Assembly: GCA_964252035.1 (NCBI GenBank)
Contig: OZ176203.1
DNA length: 64,000 bases
Strand: one strand, 5' to 3'
Source of the DNA: Podarcis erhardii
Lineage: Eukaryota
Shown here one piece after another: positions 1 through 13,671 of the stretch. How positions within the stretch are numbered: the first letter of the stretch is position 1; each line of letters begins with the position of its first letter. The translations under genes and the position numbers were made by a program. The notes under the pieces are model-generated. The model was not told where the DNA came from, searched no databases, and saw only the letters and a list, made by a program, of their open reading frames with translations.

Positions 1-76
1 CCTTCTGAAAACCATTTCATCAGCTATTATGGTTACTATTCAGTCAGGTTAATCACCACATAAACACAGTATTTAC

Positions 77-173
77 CTTAAATGCCACTGTATTTTTGGT
101 CACATTTGTGAGAACGATCAAGCATTTCTTCTCTCCAGTTTCTTTGGACCCAAAATGCAGTTCTTCTGCTGGA
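77..173 (-). CDS. MOSPD2: MOSPD2 exon 11 (PAEELHFGSKETGEKKCLIVLTNVTKNTVAFK); gene continues beyond the window
   Basis: 97 bp, MSP domain motif, AG/GT bounded. Confidence 0.94.
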
Positions 174-533
174 CTAATGAAAAATCACAAATATGTATTA
201 AAGTATTTGCATTACAGGTTTACAAACTTCATTCATTCTCTTAAAAATCAAGTTTGTGCTTATTTAGAACACGTATCTCTGTTAACAGGCTCTAACCCAA
301 TCCTTCAACGTATACTGCTAAATGTCAAATACTTTTAACAGTCCCTTCAGTGAAATTTTCACTTGAAAAGCAATTCATACTTCCATTTTACTCATCATAT
401 CCAGGAGTCATTTTGTGTTCCGAGATTTAAGAAATATGTGTTTCGGAAAATACACATGTATTTTAACAAAGTATCATGAAGCATCAACAAGCCAAGGGCA
501 AAACAACTGTTCGTCATCTTTTTGGGTAAGTTT

Positions 534-540
<7 letters not shown>

Positions 541-566
<26 letters not shown>
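541..566. repeat. (GT)n microsatellite
   Basis: Direct inspection. Confidence 0.95.
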
Positions 567-587
567 AGTGTTACCTGACATGAAATC

Positions 588-748
588 ACATCACTAGTCC
601 ATCTAGCTCAGTACTGTCTACTCTGAACGGCAGCAACTCTCCAAACGCTTTCACAGCCCTACTACCGGATATAATTTTTAAATGGAAGATGGGCGAGACA
701 GAATCTGGCTCTTGCGTATGAAAATTGTGAGCTGCAACACTTATGGCC
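588..748 (-). mobile_element. Degraded tRNA-derived squamate SINE
   Basis: tccatctagctcagtactgtctactctgaacggcagcaactctcc...cagccctac resembles a recalled squamate SINE body. Confidence 0.45.
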
Positions 749-2451
749 AGCAGGAACTTCCAAATAGCTGTATCAGTTCAACATTTTAAGAAAAAGCGAA
801 AGTGTTTTACATATGCTGAGGCAAAGTCTGCTCTTACTATTTTATTTTGTAGCAGAAATATATGCACTTTTAACACTCAACTCAGTACCTGGGACCCAAA
901 GAGCTATTTTGCATGCACTGAAGGCATGCAAGCAGTAGATTCGCATTCTGTAACACAACTGCTTTCTGAGCTTTCCTCATCTTTAGAAGAGGTTTGACAC
1001 ATAGCTTAGGGGACTGCTGCTTGAGAAACACAAGCCCAAGGCTTGGTGCACAGAACCAGTCAGGTGGCTCTTTGGATCCCAACAAATAGGCATTGCAATA
1101 ATGAATTATGCACACCAACTTATCTGTATAACAACACTCACAATGCAAAATGAAATTTAAAATGTGGGAATATATTTTGCCCAAATTAAGACATGTTAGA
1201 TCTGGAAAAAATGTTAGAACATTTCATCTTTATTATAATCTCTATTCCCCCTCTCCCATACCCACAAACACATTATGAACCTACAGACACCTAAGTCAAT
1301 GAGGTTACTAGCCTGCTGGGGACTGGCTGGCTGAAAAGGTATGGAAAACTGCACTTCTACGCCAGGTGAAGATGAAGGGGTTTCACTCCTCCAGCAGTCT
1401 GCTTGGTTTCAGAGTGCTGTATTACTCCTCTACCAACCTGCTCACCTGCCACAATGAATTTCATGCACTCGCTTGCCTATAGTATATGGAATTCCTGACT
1501 GCAATGTTGATGTATATCAAATGCTTGGGTGATATACACGACATAACTAGGCTGAAATAATGAAATAATCCTTTCTTTTCTGGAAGACAAGTGGAAGTGA
1601 TGAACTTATCAATCATTCATTTATAATCACATGAAGAATTTATTTTAGTGACAAAATCAAATGCTAGAAGTTCTGAATTATGTTTCTTAGGTTGGAATGT
1701 TCCTAGGCCATATTAGAAGTTTGTGTTCCAAAATTATCTTCAATTACCTTCTCAGAAACCTATGTGGTACAAACTTCAGATGTAATCAACATCACAATAA
1801 TGCAACTGCTACAGATTTTCCACTGCATCCCCAAAATCTAGATTGATACCAGATTTGTATAAACAAAAACTTTAATTCAAATTTCTAATGAAACAGTCAC
1901 ATTTTCAAATTCTTACGCACATCAGGATATTTTCTACATATTTTATGTTACAGCTTATGTAAAAGTAAACATCTACACTTCAACAGGTGTTACAGTTCAA
2001 TTTACAGACTTTTCTGCACTATACAAATTAACAAAGTAATAATTAAAATCAGAGCAATTTTGTAGATATTTTTCTCCACTTAAGGTACAGTATTTGACTC
2101 CCACACTATAACTACCTAACACTAACTGACTACATAATAGGATACTGCTGTGAGGGGTGGAGAAAAGCAGCTATAATACACTCATAAAATGTGTATCCAT
2201 CACAACATATTCCAAATTCATCAGAAATCCAGGTGTCTGAACTTCTTTGCCAAAAGAACCCTGACTTCATCAACACCACCGTGTCCTTCGTAAAGAAACA
2301 TGCGCTTCAGAGAAGACCTCTGAATCAGATGTGAAACAATTCTTAAAATATCAAATATATTTCCCTTCACGTTCAAGTAATTTTCAAGACACAGAACAGC
2401 AATATTACAATATGGAAAGAACTACATTTTTAATGAAATTATTACTAATAC

Positions 2452-2564
2452 CTGATGTGCAATAAAGGTCCTTTAAAAGTGGTTAGTGCTTTCTTTGCAT
2501 TTTTTGTTTTGGAATCTTGTTTTTCACACTCTTCTGCTTTTGGAGTTTGTTCTGCAAAATTTGC
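2452..2564 (-). CDS. MOSPD2: MOSPD2 exon 10 (ANFAEQ...FKGPLLHIS)
   Basis: 113 bp, ccctag acceptor, gtatta donor, FKGPLLHIS marks the start of the MSP domain. Confidence 0.93.
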
Positions 2565-4739
2565 CTAGGGAAACAGAAACAAGGAACAGTTTTCAGGAAT
2601 CAATTATATTTTACTATCAAGTAAAAGGACATGCCTGCAAATTATGGACCCGGCTTCATTCAGTAAATGAAAGTTATCACTAACTAAACCTACATTTAAC
2701 AATTTTTTGTTTGGGTTTGATATAAGGTAAACAGAGTTTTATACATATTGAAAGTTTTTCACTTAATGAAGCTAATGTTTTTATTTTTGATAAATGGGAA
2801 TACACTTTAAGATTAAGATGCCTTGGTGTGTCTGAGGTTTCCTAGTCTTCATCCAATTTTCTGCCCCACTCCATCACAACATTTATCAGAAATTTATCAG
2901 AAATCCAAGCACAATTTTCAGCTATACAAATTAAACAATATTGTTTACATGTGTATTATTCCAACTTTTGGGGACTTGAACTTGGGGACTCCCAAGAGGA
3001 ATGGCATTTTGGCTGTTTCTGTTAGCTCTCCTCTGACAGAAGATAACCATGTGGTGATTGAAAATAGTCAGACAGATGGTCTGACTATTCATAACTCTGG
3101 AAGATAAGAGTGATCTGGGAGCAACCTCAAATACTTTGATCAAGGCTATTTTCTGCTGCCTATGCCTGGCAGCTTAAACAGGAGTTAAAATGAGCTGGCA
3201 AGCTGAGAAACTGACATTGTGCCCATTGTGCACCTTTCATAGTTAGAAAGATCCACCTCCTCTCAAACACTTCTGGGACAAGCAAAACCGAAACTTAAGA
3301 AATCCCTCAATCGGCTGGTGAAAATTTAATCTGAAAATTTCTAAGTTGCTGTTGTTAAGAACACAAAGGAAAACAAGTCGTTAAAAGTGTCTAAGGCAGA
3401 GCAAAAAGCTTAATTTATGGTTAGCAATGAAGATTAAACCGATGAGGGAATCCCCTGTATGAAAAATCGTTAACTCCTTTTCTGTTTCTTGCCACTAAAG
3501 AACTGAAAGTACATCAGCAATTACTCCAGCTGCAGGGAAGAATTTATTGTGAGAGATCACATCCATAGCTTGTCTTAAGGTGGAAATATTAAGGTAGACT
3601 GAGTTGCTAATAATATCCAAAACATCAAAAGCATCCAGTATGGCAAAAGTGCATCTGGATTTCCCAATGACTCTTGGTATTGTTCCACAGTTGATAACTA
3701 AAAATGATAGGATGGGTGTTTGATAAAATGGGGAAAGAAAATGAATCAGAGATATGAAATGGAAATGGAAAATACCTAGAGACTTCAGACCAAATCAATG
3801 AAAAGTTGGCCGGAATGAATGATGAAGTAACTATATTGAAGACATGGAATGAATTGTCTTAACCTTTTTTTCTTTTTTTATGTAACTGGCAGTTGGAAAA
3901 TTGGTCTGGGTCTGGTCAGTGCCTGAGCAACTGACCACCTGGGATTCACATGTACACTTCCTTTGGGGTCTATGACAGAATGAAAGTGGGATATTAATGT
4001 AAGAACATGAATAAATAAATGCTAGGAGTGTGATGGAATATAGTGCATGCTTTCAAAACTGTAAGAGCATTCAGGTAACTATAATGCCCAAAACTTGAAA
4101 GGAACATCTAACAGAAAAAAACTATGTATATTTAACTCTCCATAGTAACCCCTACACAGTACTTTTTAAAAAGTAAACATAGATGTTACTTGCAACTGCA
4201 GTACAGTAGATCCAAATGTGTTACTTTCAACATGCACTCTCAAATAAATAAGGTGCCCAAATTACTGAGACAAAATATTATCAAGGCAGTACCATGTCAC
4301 ATGGACACCACTTTAGTTGCCAAACCAAGGGTTAAATGAGACATCTCTGATAGTACTTAGAACTTTAGGGAGAAAAAAAGGCTAAAAGTAAGTAAGTAGG
4401 AACAACTCCAACTTATATAGATCCTCTGTGCAGGACCAAAACTACTCTAATGCAGACATTCCAAGCTCAGATATAGACAAATGCACAAGAAAAGAAAAGG
4501 TCAATAAACTTTCTATCACTTAAATCATTTATGAAAAGTTCTAAAATTCACCACTCAAAAATTTAAAGCATGCAAATTTTGCTGAGTGTGTATGCTTCAC
4601 AAAGTAACTCCAGTTCTCATATAAGGTAAAATAAGGAAAGTGTGTGTTTGTGTGTGAAGTGTCTCCTCTAGGCAAAGTCTCCTGGTATCTCAGAAGGATT
4701 GCTTAGGATTCCTGGATAACTGGTGCATAATGTTAACAG

Positions 4740-5638
4740 CTAAGCAACACATTCACAGACACAGAATTAAGGTACTGGGAAGGATCATCTTGGAAAAAAA
4801 TGACAAGTGGTGTGCCGCAGGGTTCTTTCCCAAACCTGTTGTTCAACATCTTTATAAACAACTTGAACAAAGGAATTGAGAGGATACTTATCAAATCTGC
4901 AGATGACATCAAACTGGGAGGGGTAGCCAATGCCGATGAAGGCAGATTTTGGTTTCAAAATTACCTTAACAGATTATAGAGAACTGGGCCCAAACTAACA
5001 AAAGAAATTTCAATAGGGACAAATGTCAGATTCTACACCTAATAATAGTACCACACTATTGTGCCTTGGTCAGATCACACCTAAATACTGTGTCCGGTTC
5101 TGGGAACCACAATTTAAGGAGGATATTGATGAGTTGGAATGGGTGCAAAGGCAGATGACCAAGACGATAAAGGGTTTGGAAATCAAATCTCTAGGTATGT
5201 TTAGCCTGGATAAGAAGAGACTGAGAGGAGATATGATCGCAATCGTCAAAATATCTAAGCTGTGTAAATCTAGATTGTGTTTTAATTTGTTGGACACCAC
5301 TCAGAGTGTCTGGGGTAACCAAGTTAGATGGGCAGCATATAATTTTTTAAATATTGTTGTTAATGTTGTTGTTATTACTAACAGCTGTCACATGAAAGAT
5401 GGTGGAAACTTTGTTTTCTCCTGCTCCAGAAGGTAGTAGGGCTTCAAGTTACAATAAGGGAGATACTAAGAACTTTCTGATAGAGCTGTTCGACAGTGGA
5501 GCAGTCTCCCTCAGGAGCTGGTTTTTAAGCAGAGGTTGGATCACCATCTGTCAGGAATGCTGTAGTTGAGATTTCAGCATTGCGGGGGGTGGACTAGATT
5601 ACCCTCAGAGTCCCTTCCAACTCTACAATTCTATGATT
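4740..5638 (+). mobile_element. CR1 LINE 3' fragment (decayed reverse transcriptase)
   Basis: Translates TSGVPQGS..LFNIFINNL..GIE..LIKSADDIKLGG and ends with the CR1 tail ccttccaactctacaATTCTATGATT. Confidence 0.92.
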
Positions 5639-5800
5639 TTCTGGGCTGGTTTCTTGATCCTGACAACAAGAACATAATAACCAACTAATGACACTTTAGG
5701 CTTTATTCACTGCACTAGTTTAACATTGAATGCTTGGAGGGTTGCCATAAAATACTTGTTTTTATCATTCTTTCCTATGTAACCTTCAGTCCAGGGATAC

Positions 5801-5965
5801 CTTTTTTGAATTAAGTGCTTGTTCTTCATTAGAATCTGGACTCTCCTTGTTATCTGTTTCTTCTTTGGTTTCAACTTCATCTTCACCAGTCATGGGTCCA
5901 TTTTCACACAATGGAGTTTGAAAATCATCATCAACCAATGGAGGATAACTATACTTGAAGGTATC
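5801..5965 (-). CDS. MOSPD2: MOSPD2 exon 9 (DTFKYSYPPLVDDDFQTPLCENGP...NSKK)
   Basis: 165 bp, 55 codons, conserved KYSYPPLVDDDFQTPLCENGP. Confidence 0.95.
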
Positions 5966-6935
5966 CTGTAATACAAAGATGTTAGTGTGTTATGGAGATG
6001 GTGGTGAAAGATAAACATAATCACCAAATCATTCTTTGGTCCTCAACTCTGACTGGTTTTATCTGTGCATTCTAAGCAGAAGAAAACATCAAGAACTATA
6101 TTGCTACATTTAGTGTTTAAGGAAATTACGTAAGAATATAAGCAAATCAAAGCATTAGTGTACCATTGGGTATACAACCTGGTTAATGCCCAGTTAATCT
6201 GCATTAATTCAGCAATTCTGTTATTTCACAAATCTTACTAATGGATGGGAAATGGTGTTCAGACCGCGTTTCCAGCATTTTCTGCGCAGGATGCCTTTTA
6301 ACAAATTATGGTTGATGTTTAATGGAATTAAAATATCTAAAACTCAAGTTACAACCCAAAGCAGGAATATGATTAATGTGAATATCAGAAGACTGCATGA
6401 TAGCTTGCACTGCTGAGTGATAAGTCATTATTCACTTTAATGACAGCCTGAAAGTCTGCCCTCCCAGGAAGCAGAAGGTCTCTAAGATGACACCACAGAC
6501 TGGATTGAAAGCCCTAGTAGGCTTAATCCATCTGAGAAGCCCAAAAAATAATCCCTGCTCTAGAACAATACTACTGCTACTCTGGAAGCAGGTGGTTTGA
6601 TGACTGTAAAGACTACAGAATTAAAAACAGTAATTATTTATATGCTGAATTGCAACTTCACAGTCCCCAAAGAGGGTCATAATTACAAGACAGAAAACCA
6701 ATCAAAACAATCATAGTACACAGAAAAAGACCATTGGAAAAATAGCTAAAAGCAGAAATTAGTAACAAAACAGTAGAACACAAATTAATCATTAAAAACA
6801 AATGTATTATAATTGTTTACTTAATCCCAAAACTGTGTACAATCTATATATTTATTATACTTTCAGTCTATATATTTATTATACTTTCCCTTCACAACAT
6901 AATACAAACATTAAGTTCAGCAGCAATATACTTAC

Positions 6936-7060
6936 AGTTCCACCCATATAGGGTGGAAGATATTCAGCACTGATATACTCCTGGATTTCATTCTTATTAG
7001 TCAACTTCAGCAAACCCACTGCTTCCGGACCCAGCCAACTTTTCACAATTTTAAAAGCAG
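6936..7060 (-). CDS. MOSPD2: MOSPD2 exon 8 (AAFKIVKSWLGPEAV...LPPYMGGT)
   Basis: 125 bp within ORF 6879..7127, AG/GT bounded. Confidence 0.95.
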
Positions 7061-7388
7061 CTGGGTAAGAAAAGGGAAGATAGTTTGAAAAGAGTTCTAC
7101 TATTTTGTTTACACAGACCACAATCACAACTTACTTCCCATTAGTTTTGTTAGCAAATATTGGAAGCAAATATATTTTAGATGGTATTTGATTGCTAATT
7201 TTTTTTTAAAAAGCTGTCATTGCCTTCCCTGAATGTTTGGGACAGGTAAAAATAAGACACAAGCTACACTGTACGAAAACATTAGAATCATATAAAAATT
7301 CCCCTGTCAACAATAATAAGGGATTTGCATAAAATATAACTTTGAATAACAATCCTTCCAGATAAGACAAGTTAAAATTTTAACTTAC

Positions 7389-7427
7389 CATTCATTATCC
7401 AGGGCAGTTCAAAGATCACAATTTTTG
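7389..7427 (-). CDS. MOSPD2: MOSPD2 exon 7 (KIVIFELPWIMN)
   Basis: 39 bp, atgcag acceptor, gtaagt donor, frame continuous. Confidence 0.93.
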
Positions 7428-8570
7428 CTGCATGAACAATAGAAGAGGGTTTTTGTGGTTAATATAGCATTTTAGCACTGTCAAATTTCCAATGAAATGA
7501 AAATACTTTATTTGTTGTCCTGTTAAACTCCCCTCTTCATTTTCTTCACTACATAAATTAGCAATTCTGAATGTGTAATTTAAATACATTATTCAGTGGA
7601 AAATAGGCCAGAGTTTAGATTTCTTGGGGTGGGAGTCACATTAGTTATAAGCAAAATAACTGAAAATTTATCATTGATACATTAGTCTGTAAAGGGATAT
7701 AAAAGTAAATTATAAAGATATGAGCAGAATGCTTTCCCTAACAGCTGTATTTGAAAAATCAAACACAAAAGCTAATAAAAACATTTAAAATAAAATGGAG
7801 TAATCAAAACTTTGAAAGACTACATTGAAAGCCCAATCCTATCTGTGTCTGCTCCCAGGTTAACTGGCTGAAGTCTAAAGATAAAAATAAATGGTAAATG
7901 CATCTTTGCACTCACAGGTGTGCTGCCTGCCCACCGCTACCCCTGGCTGCCTTTCAACTGTATTCCCTGAAGTGGCTTTTCAGGATACCAGAAACTATAT
8001 TGGGAAGGGGGACAGGAAAAGCCCCAGTGTACACAGTACATTCTTTACTTCCTAGTATGATTTACCTAATACATATAGAAATACTTTAAAAAATATTTAT
8101 GAGGGGGACAATTACAAAACTCAATTCAATAGCTGCTCTGTGAAAGGCCTTGTTAATTAATTGAGTATTAGACTGTCTGAAGTAATTGGATAGTGAAACC
8201 TCCCAATTGTGACAAACTGTGAAAAGAACTATACTGTGAACATGGCAGTTGTGAAGAATTATTTTCTGCTGCTATAAAAAAAAAGTGCCACTTATATCCT
8301 AGGATCAATCTATTTTATGTAATCCATTTTGCAGACAAAATATTTAGGCAGGGGCAGGGAGAAAAACAGCATGAGGCTCGAATCCACTGAACATCTCAAA
8401 ATATACCTCAGATTTCTATGAATTCTTCACACTACCACTTTGTTTCCAAACTTCCATTTTCAGGAACCAGCTTGTACTATGGTTGATACTACCCTCAGAT
8501 TTGAGAAACTCTTGTTTTTCATTTATTTTCTAAATCTATAGTATAATATAAATGCTATTATCATACTTAC

Positions 8571-8631
8571 TGAGGTAATTAGGGTAATAAACTTTAAAGC
8601 AGTTGATGATGTATCGGACAAAATCCATATC
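8571..8631 (-). CDS. MOSPD2: MOSPD2 exon 6 (DMDFVRYIINCFKVYYPNYL)
   Basis: 61 bp, ttttag acceptor, gtaagt donor. Confidence 0.95.
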
Positions 8632-8776
8632 CTAAAATAAAGATGTATTACCAATTAACAAAAGATTAAACTCTACTTATAGCTTTCAGAAAACGTCAAG
8701 AAAGTTCTGTTCAACAGTTCCAGTGCTGAAGGTGCTTCAACGTTTTTAATTTTAGAATATCTCACATTCAAAAATA

Positions 8777-9017
8777 CAGTAGTACCTCGGTTTAAGAACA
8801 GTCTGGTTTAAGAATGATTTGGTTTACAAACTCTGCAAAACCGGAAATAGTGTCTTGGTTTGAGAACTTTGCCTCGGTCTAAGAACGGAATCCGACTGGT
8901 GGAAGGGCACCGGTGGCGGGAAGCCTCATTAGGGAAAATGCATCTCGGTTTAAGAACAGTTTTGGTTTAAGAACAGACTTCCAAAACGGATTAAGTTCGT
9001 AAACTGAGGTACCACTG
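8777..9017. mobile_element. Tc1/mariner-type MITE, subfamily B
   Basis: TIRs CAGTAGTACCTC...GAGGTACCACTG, TA on both sides. Confidence 0.88.
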
Positions 9018-9591
9018 TATATCAAGCTGATTCTGAAGTAACCCTATAAAATATATGCCAACTGGCTTGGAGCAACACATATAGGCCAGTTTAAAGGGTT
9101 ACTTTATGCATATAGGCCTGACAAATACTTCTGTGAGATGGTATCATCTGTGGTGAGACAGCGTAAGAAAATCCAGGCTAAATCTTATATGTGGTATCAG
9201 GAAGCATCTGGCAGTCTTAACATGGATAAAAGACGTCAAGGCCTTTATTTTTAATGGTTAAGAGTTCTGAGACTGTTGAGAGAACAGGCCGTAAAACCTA
9301 TAAAAATTTGTTGCAATACAGAATGATTGCAGCACTTTCTACTGCTAATTAAGTAAGTAGTAGACTCAGCATAGTTCTTATTAAACAGCTGGCTTTGGCT
9401 GTGATTCATAAACAAGTCAATCCAGAACAGTTAGATTTATGCTGAAAGGCAAATAATTTAAATCTCAGTACTCCAGCCTCTTGAGTGAGATGGGCGCACC
9501 AACCCCAGAGTCTGTCAAGACTGGCCCGTATGGGCAGGGGTACCTATACCTTTACCTTTACTCCATTATAAAAGGCTTCATAAAGGCAGTA

Positions 9592-9825
9592 CAGTGCTAC
9601 CTCTGGATACGAATGGGATCCGTTCCGGAGCCCCATTCGCATCCAGAAGCGAACGCAACCTGCGTCTGCATGGGTCGCGATTTGCTGCTTTCGCGCATGA
9701 CGCCATTTTGACCCTCTGCGCATGCAGCGAAACCTGGAAGTAACGTGCTCTGTTACTTCCGGGTCGCCGCAGCGCGCAACCAAAAAATACTTATCCCGAA
9801 GCTACTTCAACCCGAGGTAAGACTG
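9592..9825. mobile_element. Tc1/mariner-type MITE, subfamily C (CpG-rich)
   Basis: CAGTGCTACCTC...GAGGTAAGACTG, TA TSD. Reverse-oriented relative of 16706-16928. Confidence 0.85.
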
Positions 9826-9896
9826 TATATAACTTTCCAACTGGAAATGTTTTGTTTAAGACACATCAACAAGAAAACAGTAATATGCATACTTAC

Positions 9897-10051
9897 TATG
9901 TTACTAATTCCAGTTTCAGCCATGTCAAATACCACTGTCAAAGGCTTTCCGTGTTCTCGTCTGGCATAGCGTTCCAACCAAAAGGCTACTAGCTTCTTCT
10001 TTTCAAATTGAGTTTTAGAATCTTTTACATGAAGTTTCACCCTGAACCAAA
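9897..10051 (-). CDS. MOSPD2: MOSPD2 exon 5 (WFRVKLHVKD...AFWLERY...ETGISNI)
   Basis: 155 bp within ORF 9807..10091, CRAL-TRIO domain, AG/GT bounded. Confidence 0.95.
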
Positions 10052-10852
10052 CTAATGGAGTGGGGTGGGAGAAACACAAATAAACATGCATGTTTGCCTA
10101 ATAGCTACTTATGACACAACCCAGACACTTGATGCTGCCCCATGGGGCTTTAGCAGAGAAGTGAGCCAACCACCATACCCACAGCCCTGCCACATCTGTG
10201 AGAGTAGTATATAGAGGGGGCGGGGGGCAAATTGATAAGGCAGCCTTCAAATGGCATAGCAATCTGGCTGAGAGGTGTGTTCCAATGGAATGCTGCTTCA
10301 AAGCTTCAACCTACACACATAAAAGATGCAGGCCAGCAGGACTAAGCAAAGCATCACCCCTATACAATTCAACTCACCCCCCCCCCCCACAGGTTGGATT
10401 ATGCCTTTATTCTTGAACTTTCTATCTCCTAAGTAAAGGAGATATTCTTATTTTCTAAGGTACATACATTTTTATTTATCATGCATTAGTTATAATACAG
10501 TTTTGTTCACTGCATTTTATTTTAAATCCCTGGAAGATTTTTTTAAAACGACAGAAGAAAGATATTATAAAGAAAAATGTGAATCTATATTTTTGCCTCC
10601 TCCTACATGCTCTGAAGCATGAATGCAAGATATAAAACATGTCTTCATGTTGAGCGAGTCCTTTTAGGAAGGGATTTTAAAATCCACTTATATATGGTTT
10701 GCCCAAATATAATTTTCTTAACGAAACAAAGATAATCTACTGTAAAATCATATACATGTCTACTCAGAAGCGAGCCCCATGGAGAAGAATAGGGCTACAG
10801 ACCTAAGAGAACAATCTAGTGAGGTAGTTGAGCTGAATTTTTTTAAAACCTG

Positions 10853-11067
10853 GCAACCAATGTGCCCCTTTGGTTTCAGATAGTACATGGGCAGGAGAGC
10901 CTCCTAGTTTGGTTACAATCAAGTATACACTTCCAGTTAACAATAAATAAATTACTTCTGGTAAATGAGTCACCATAGCTGCTAGAGGGCCACGAAAATG
11001 TGTGTCCTGAGCTTTTTAGACTCATCTACCCATGTACTATCTGAAATCTAAGGGGTGCATTGGTTGC
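10853..11067. repeat. Element with ~47-bp imperfect inverted repeats
   Basis: 10853-10899 pairs with 11021-11067 (about 40/47 by eye). Confidence 0.8.
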
Positions 11068-11609
11068 AATAGATTGCCATTATTTCCAGCTATCTTACCC
11101 CACTAATCTTTGTCCCATTCAATAAAGAAACATTTATGTATCCCAAAGAAATTGGGTTGCACCATCAGATGCCTTCCTAAGGCATCCACTATGTTGAAAA
11201 ATTGAAACCACCAAAGGTTTTCTTCAAAAGGTGGAAGAATTAGCAATCAGTGTACAAAATCATTCAAATTTCAAGAAGCTATACTGAAGAAGAGGAAAGA
11301 CACATAAGCACTTTTGAACAGAATATGCTTGAGCATAGTTAGTTTCATGTGATACTGAAGATGTGTCTCCTAAAACGAATGGCTAATTAAGTAAATGTTT
11401 ATACCCTGCATGCCTTCATTAAATACAAGACTGCCTAATAACTACCTCCCTGTGATATGGCCTCAGTATTGTTTTATTACTTCTCAAATACAGATGCCAA
11501 TAACCTGTTACTGTCCGTATTATCATAAAGTTTAGTTCTCTTCACTCTAAAACCATAATTACATTTGCATTACTTGTAAATGAGTAAGCAGATGAACAGG
11601 CAGACTTAC

Positions 11610-11696
11610 AGATTTTATAGCCTTCCTTATCATAACCATGTAGGTAAATGGCACCAGGTTCAAAGAACCGCTTTGGAAGTGAAGATTCTGTCAAGT
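11610..11696 (-). CDS. MOSPD2: MOSPD2 exon 4 (LTESSLPKRFFEPGAIYLHGYDKEGYKI)
   Basis: 87 bp, ctgtag acceptor, gtaagt donor, IYLHGYDKEG motif. Confidence 0.95.
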
Positions 11697-12478
11697 CTAC
11701 AGAAAAGCAAGATTTTTATAAGCACATATAAGTATACTATAACAAAATCCTGAAGTTCTAAAGCAAGACTTGGGGGCGGGGCAGTTATTTATTTCAATTG
11801 AAACACAGCGTTATAACTCCAACATAGCATATTGTATTGATTATCCTGTAATAGGGAACGGCAGGGTTCTAAGACAAGTTATTGAAGCCTGGAAAAGAGT
11901 TAGGTGTAATATTTAATTTAAAGCATTTTAGGGAACCTCTTCTCACTTATGACAGAGTAGGAACCCCCGATAGACTGAACACACAAGGGTAGCACCAATA
12001 ATCTGTCAGACCAAGAATAAATATTTTGGTTCCTGGATGCTGTATGAAGACTGCCCTTGTCAGTGAATAAATCATTGTTGTACAGATAGAAATAGCAAAA
12101 TAATCCTATGAAGTGATGAAAAACAACTAAACAACAGGCATTATTCTCAAGCAGAGAATTTGTCTGTGGAACAGTGTGTGCCCGCATTATTTAGGGCAGT
12201 AATATTTCTATATACTGTAGCTGACTTTGCAGGGATGCACACAATCGTATACATACTAATTAAACACCAGCTCTCCTTTGCTGCTATTTACTTGCAGTAT
12301 CTTCTCAGTATAGAATGTAATGTCTTTACTCAAAGGCTGCTTTTGGGGTTTTACTATATTATTAACAACTCACCCTAGGAGTGTAGGGACATAACTATTG
12401 CGTAGAGGTGCATATGGAACAAGCAGCAATGCAGTTTGAAAAGCAACTGCTTTTACAATTAGATATCAAACATCTTAC

Positions 12479-12634
12479 CATGAACTGCATACTCTTTTCT
12501 CCACTGAAAGCTTTCATCAATCATCTTTAATGTATCGTCCACATTATCATCTCGCCATATCAGAAAATTATCAACCCAGGTATCATCTTGCTGTAGTCTC
12601 TCTGTATCTCTAGAATCATATTTATCTGTTTTTG
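12479..12634 (-). CDS. MOSPD2: MOSPD2 exon 3 (KTDKYDSRDTERLQQDDTW...FQWRKEYAVH)
   Basis: 156 bp, AG/GT bounded, frame continuous, matches MOSPD2 CRAL-TRIO N region. Confidence 0.95.
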
Positions 12635-12832
12635 CTGGTCAATAAAATAAGAATGGCATTAGAAAATATGACCAAATTTAAAAACCGACACATACATATG
12701 TTTCCTAACAGTTTGAGCAGGAATACTACAATTTTAAGAAAACGTGTTGGGATAATGAAGACATGCTATTTCTGCTTTATATATTTTATTTCCAAGTGTC
12801 TAGAAAACATTAAAAATATATGTTAGTATGTG

Positions 12833-13003
12833 CACCCTTCCTTTTGACAAGGCCCACAAGGCAACTGTGGCCTAGTAAGGTGTCAAACAAGTCACAGAAA
12901 TATTGGTAAATAGGCCTACCAGGCTGGAGGCGGCTGCTATCAGGAGCTGTAGTATGGAGCATAGCCTCAATGACCAAGATAAACCAGGAAAAGTCATTAA
13001 AAG
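12833..13003. repeat. Copy A of a paralogous ~170-bp element in MOSPD2 intron 2
   Basis: Colinear similarity to 14042-14216 (aggcccacaag, gctatcaggag, gcctcaatgaccaag, aaccagga-aagtcat). Confidence 0.85.
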
Positions 13004-13114
13004 CTTGTTAAGTTTGCATTTGGTGCACCAAAAATGCTTACAGGTAGGGAAAGGTCCTTAAAATGTAGCAGGATTGTGTAACTGGTTTGTGGCTTTTTTA
13101 AAAAAACACTAGCT

Positions 13115-13301
13115 CAGAGCTTTCCAAACTTTTCATGTTGGCAACACACATTTTAGACATGCATCGTTTTGCAACAAAAGTAATTCAGTTTACTAGCAAA
13201 CCAGAGGTTAAACCATTTCCAGCCCCAGGAGGAGCACAGGGAGTGTTCATGCAACACACCTACGCACTAAGGTGTTGTGACACACAGTTTGGAAAGCTCT
13301 G
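13115..13301. mobile_element. hAT-type MITE
   Basis: 16-bp TIR CAGAGCTTTCCAAACT and perfect 8-bp TSD CACTAGCT. Confidence 0.92.
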
Positions 13302-13423
13302 CACTAGCTCATGATCAGAAAAGGGAAGAATCTGAGAGGAGTGAGAAAAAGTGTTTCCTGACTAATGCATCTTTTGATTTCATTCACTGAGCAATGCACA
13401 CAGCACCAGAAGTTCACACAACT

Positions 13424-13671
13424 ATAATAATAATAATTTTATTATTTATACCCCACCCATCTGGCTGGGTTTCCCCAGCCACTCTGGGCGGCTCCCAACA
13501 GAACACTAAAAACAGAATAAAACTTCAAATATTAAAAACTTCCCTAAACAGGACTGCCTACACATGTCTTCTAAAAGTCAGATAGTTGTTTACTTCCTTG
13601 ACATCTGATGGCAGGGCATTCCACAAGGCAGGTGCCACTACTGAGAAGGCCCTCTGCCTGGTTCCCTGTAA
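13424..13671 (-). mobile_element. L2 LINE 3' end
   Basis: Minus strand encodes QRAFSVVAPALWNALPSDVK (L2 ORF2 C-terminus), with a (TAA)n-type tail. Confidence 0.88.
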
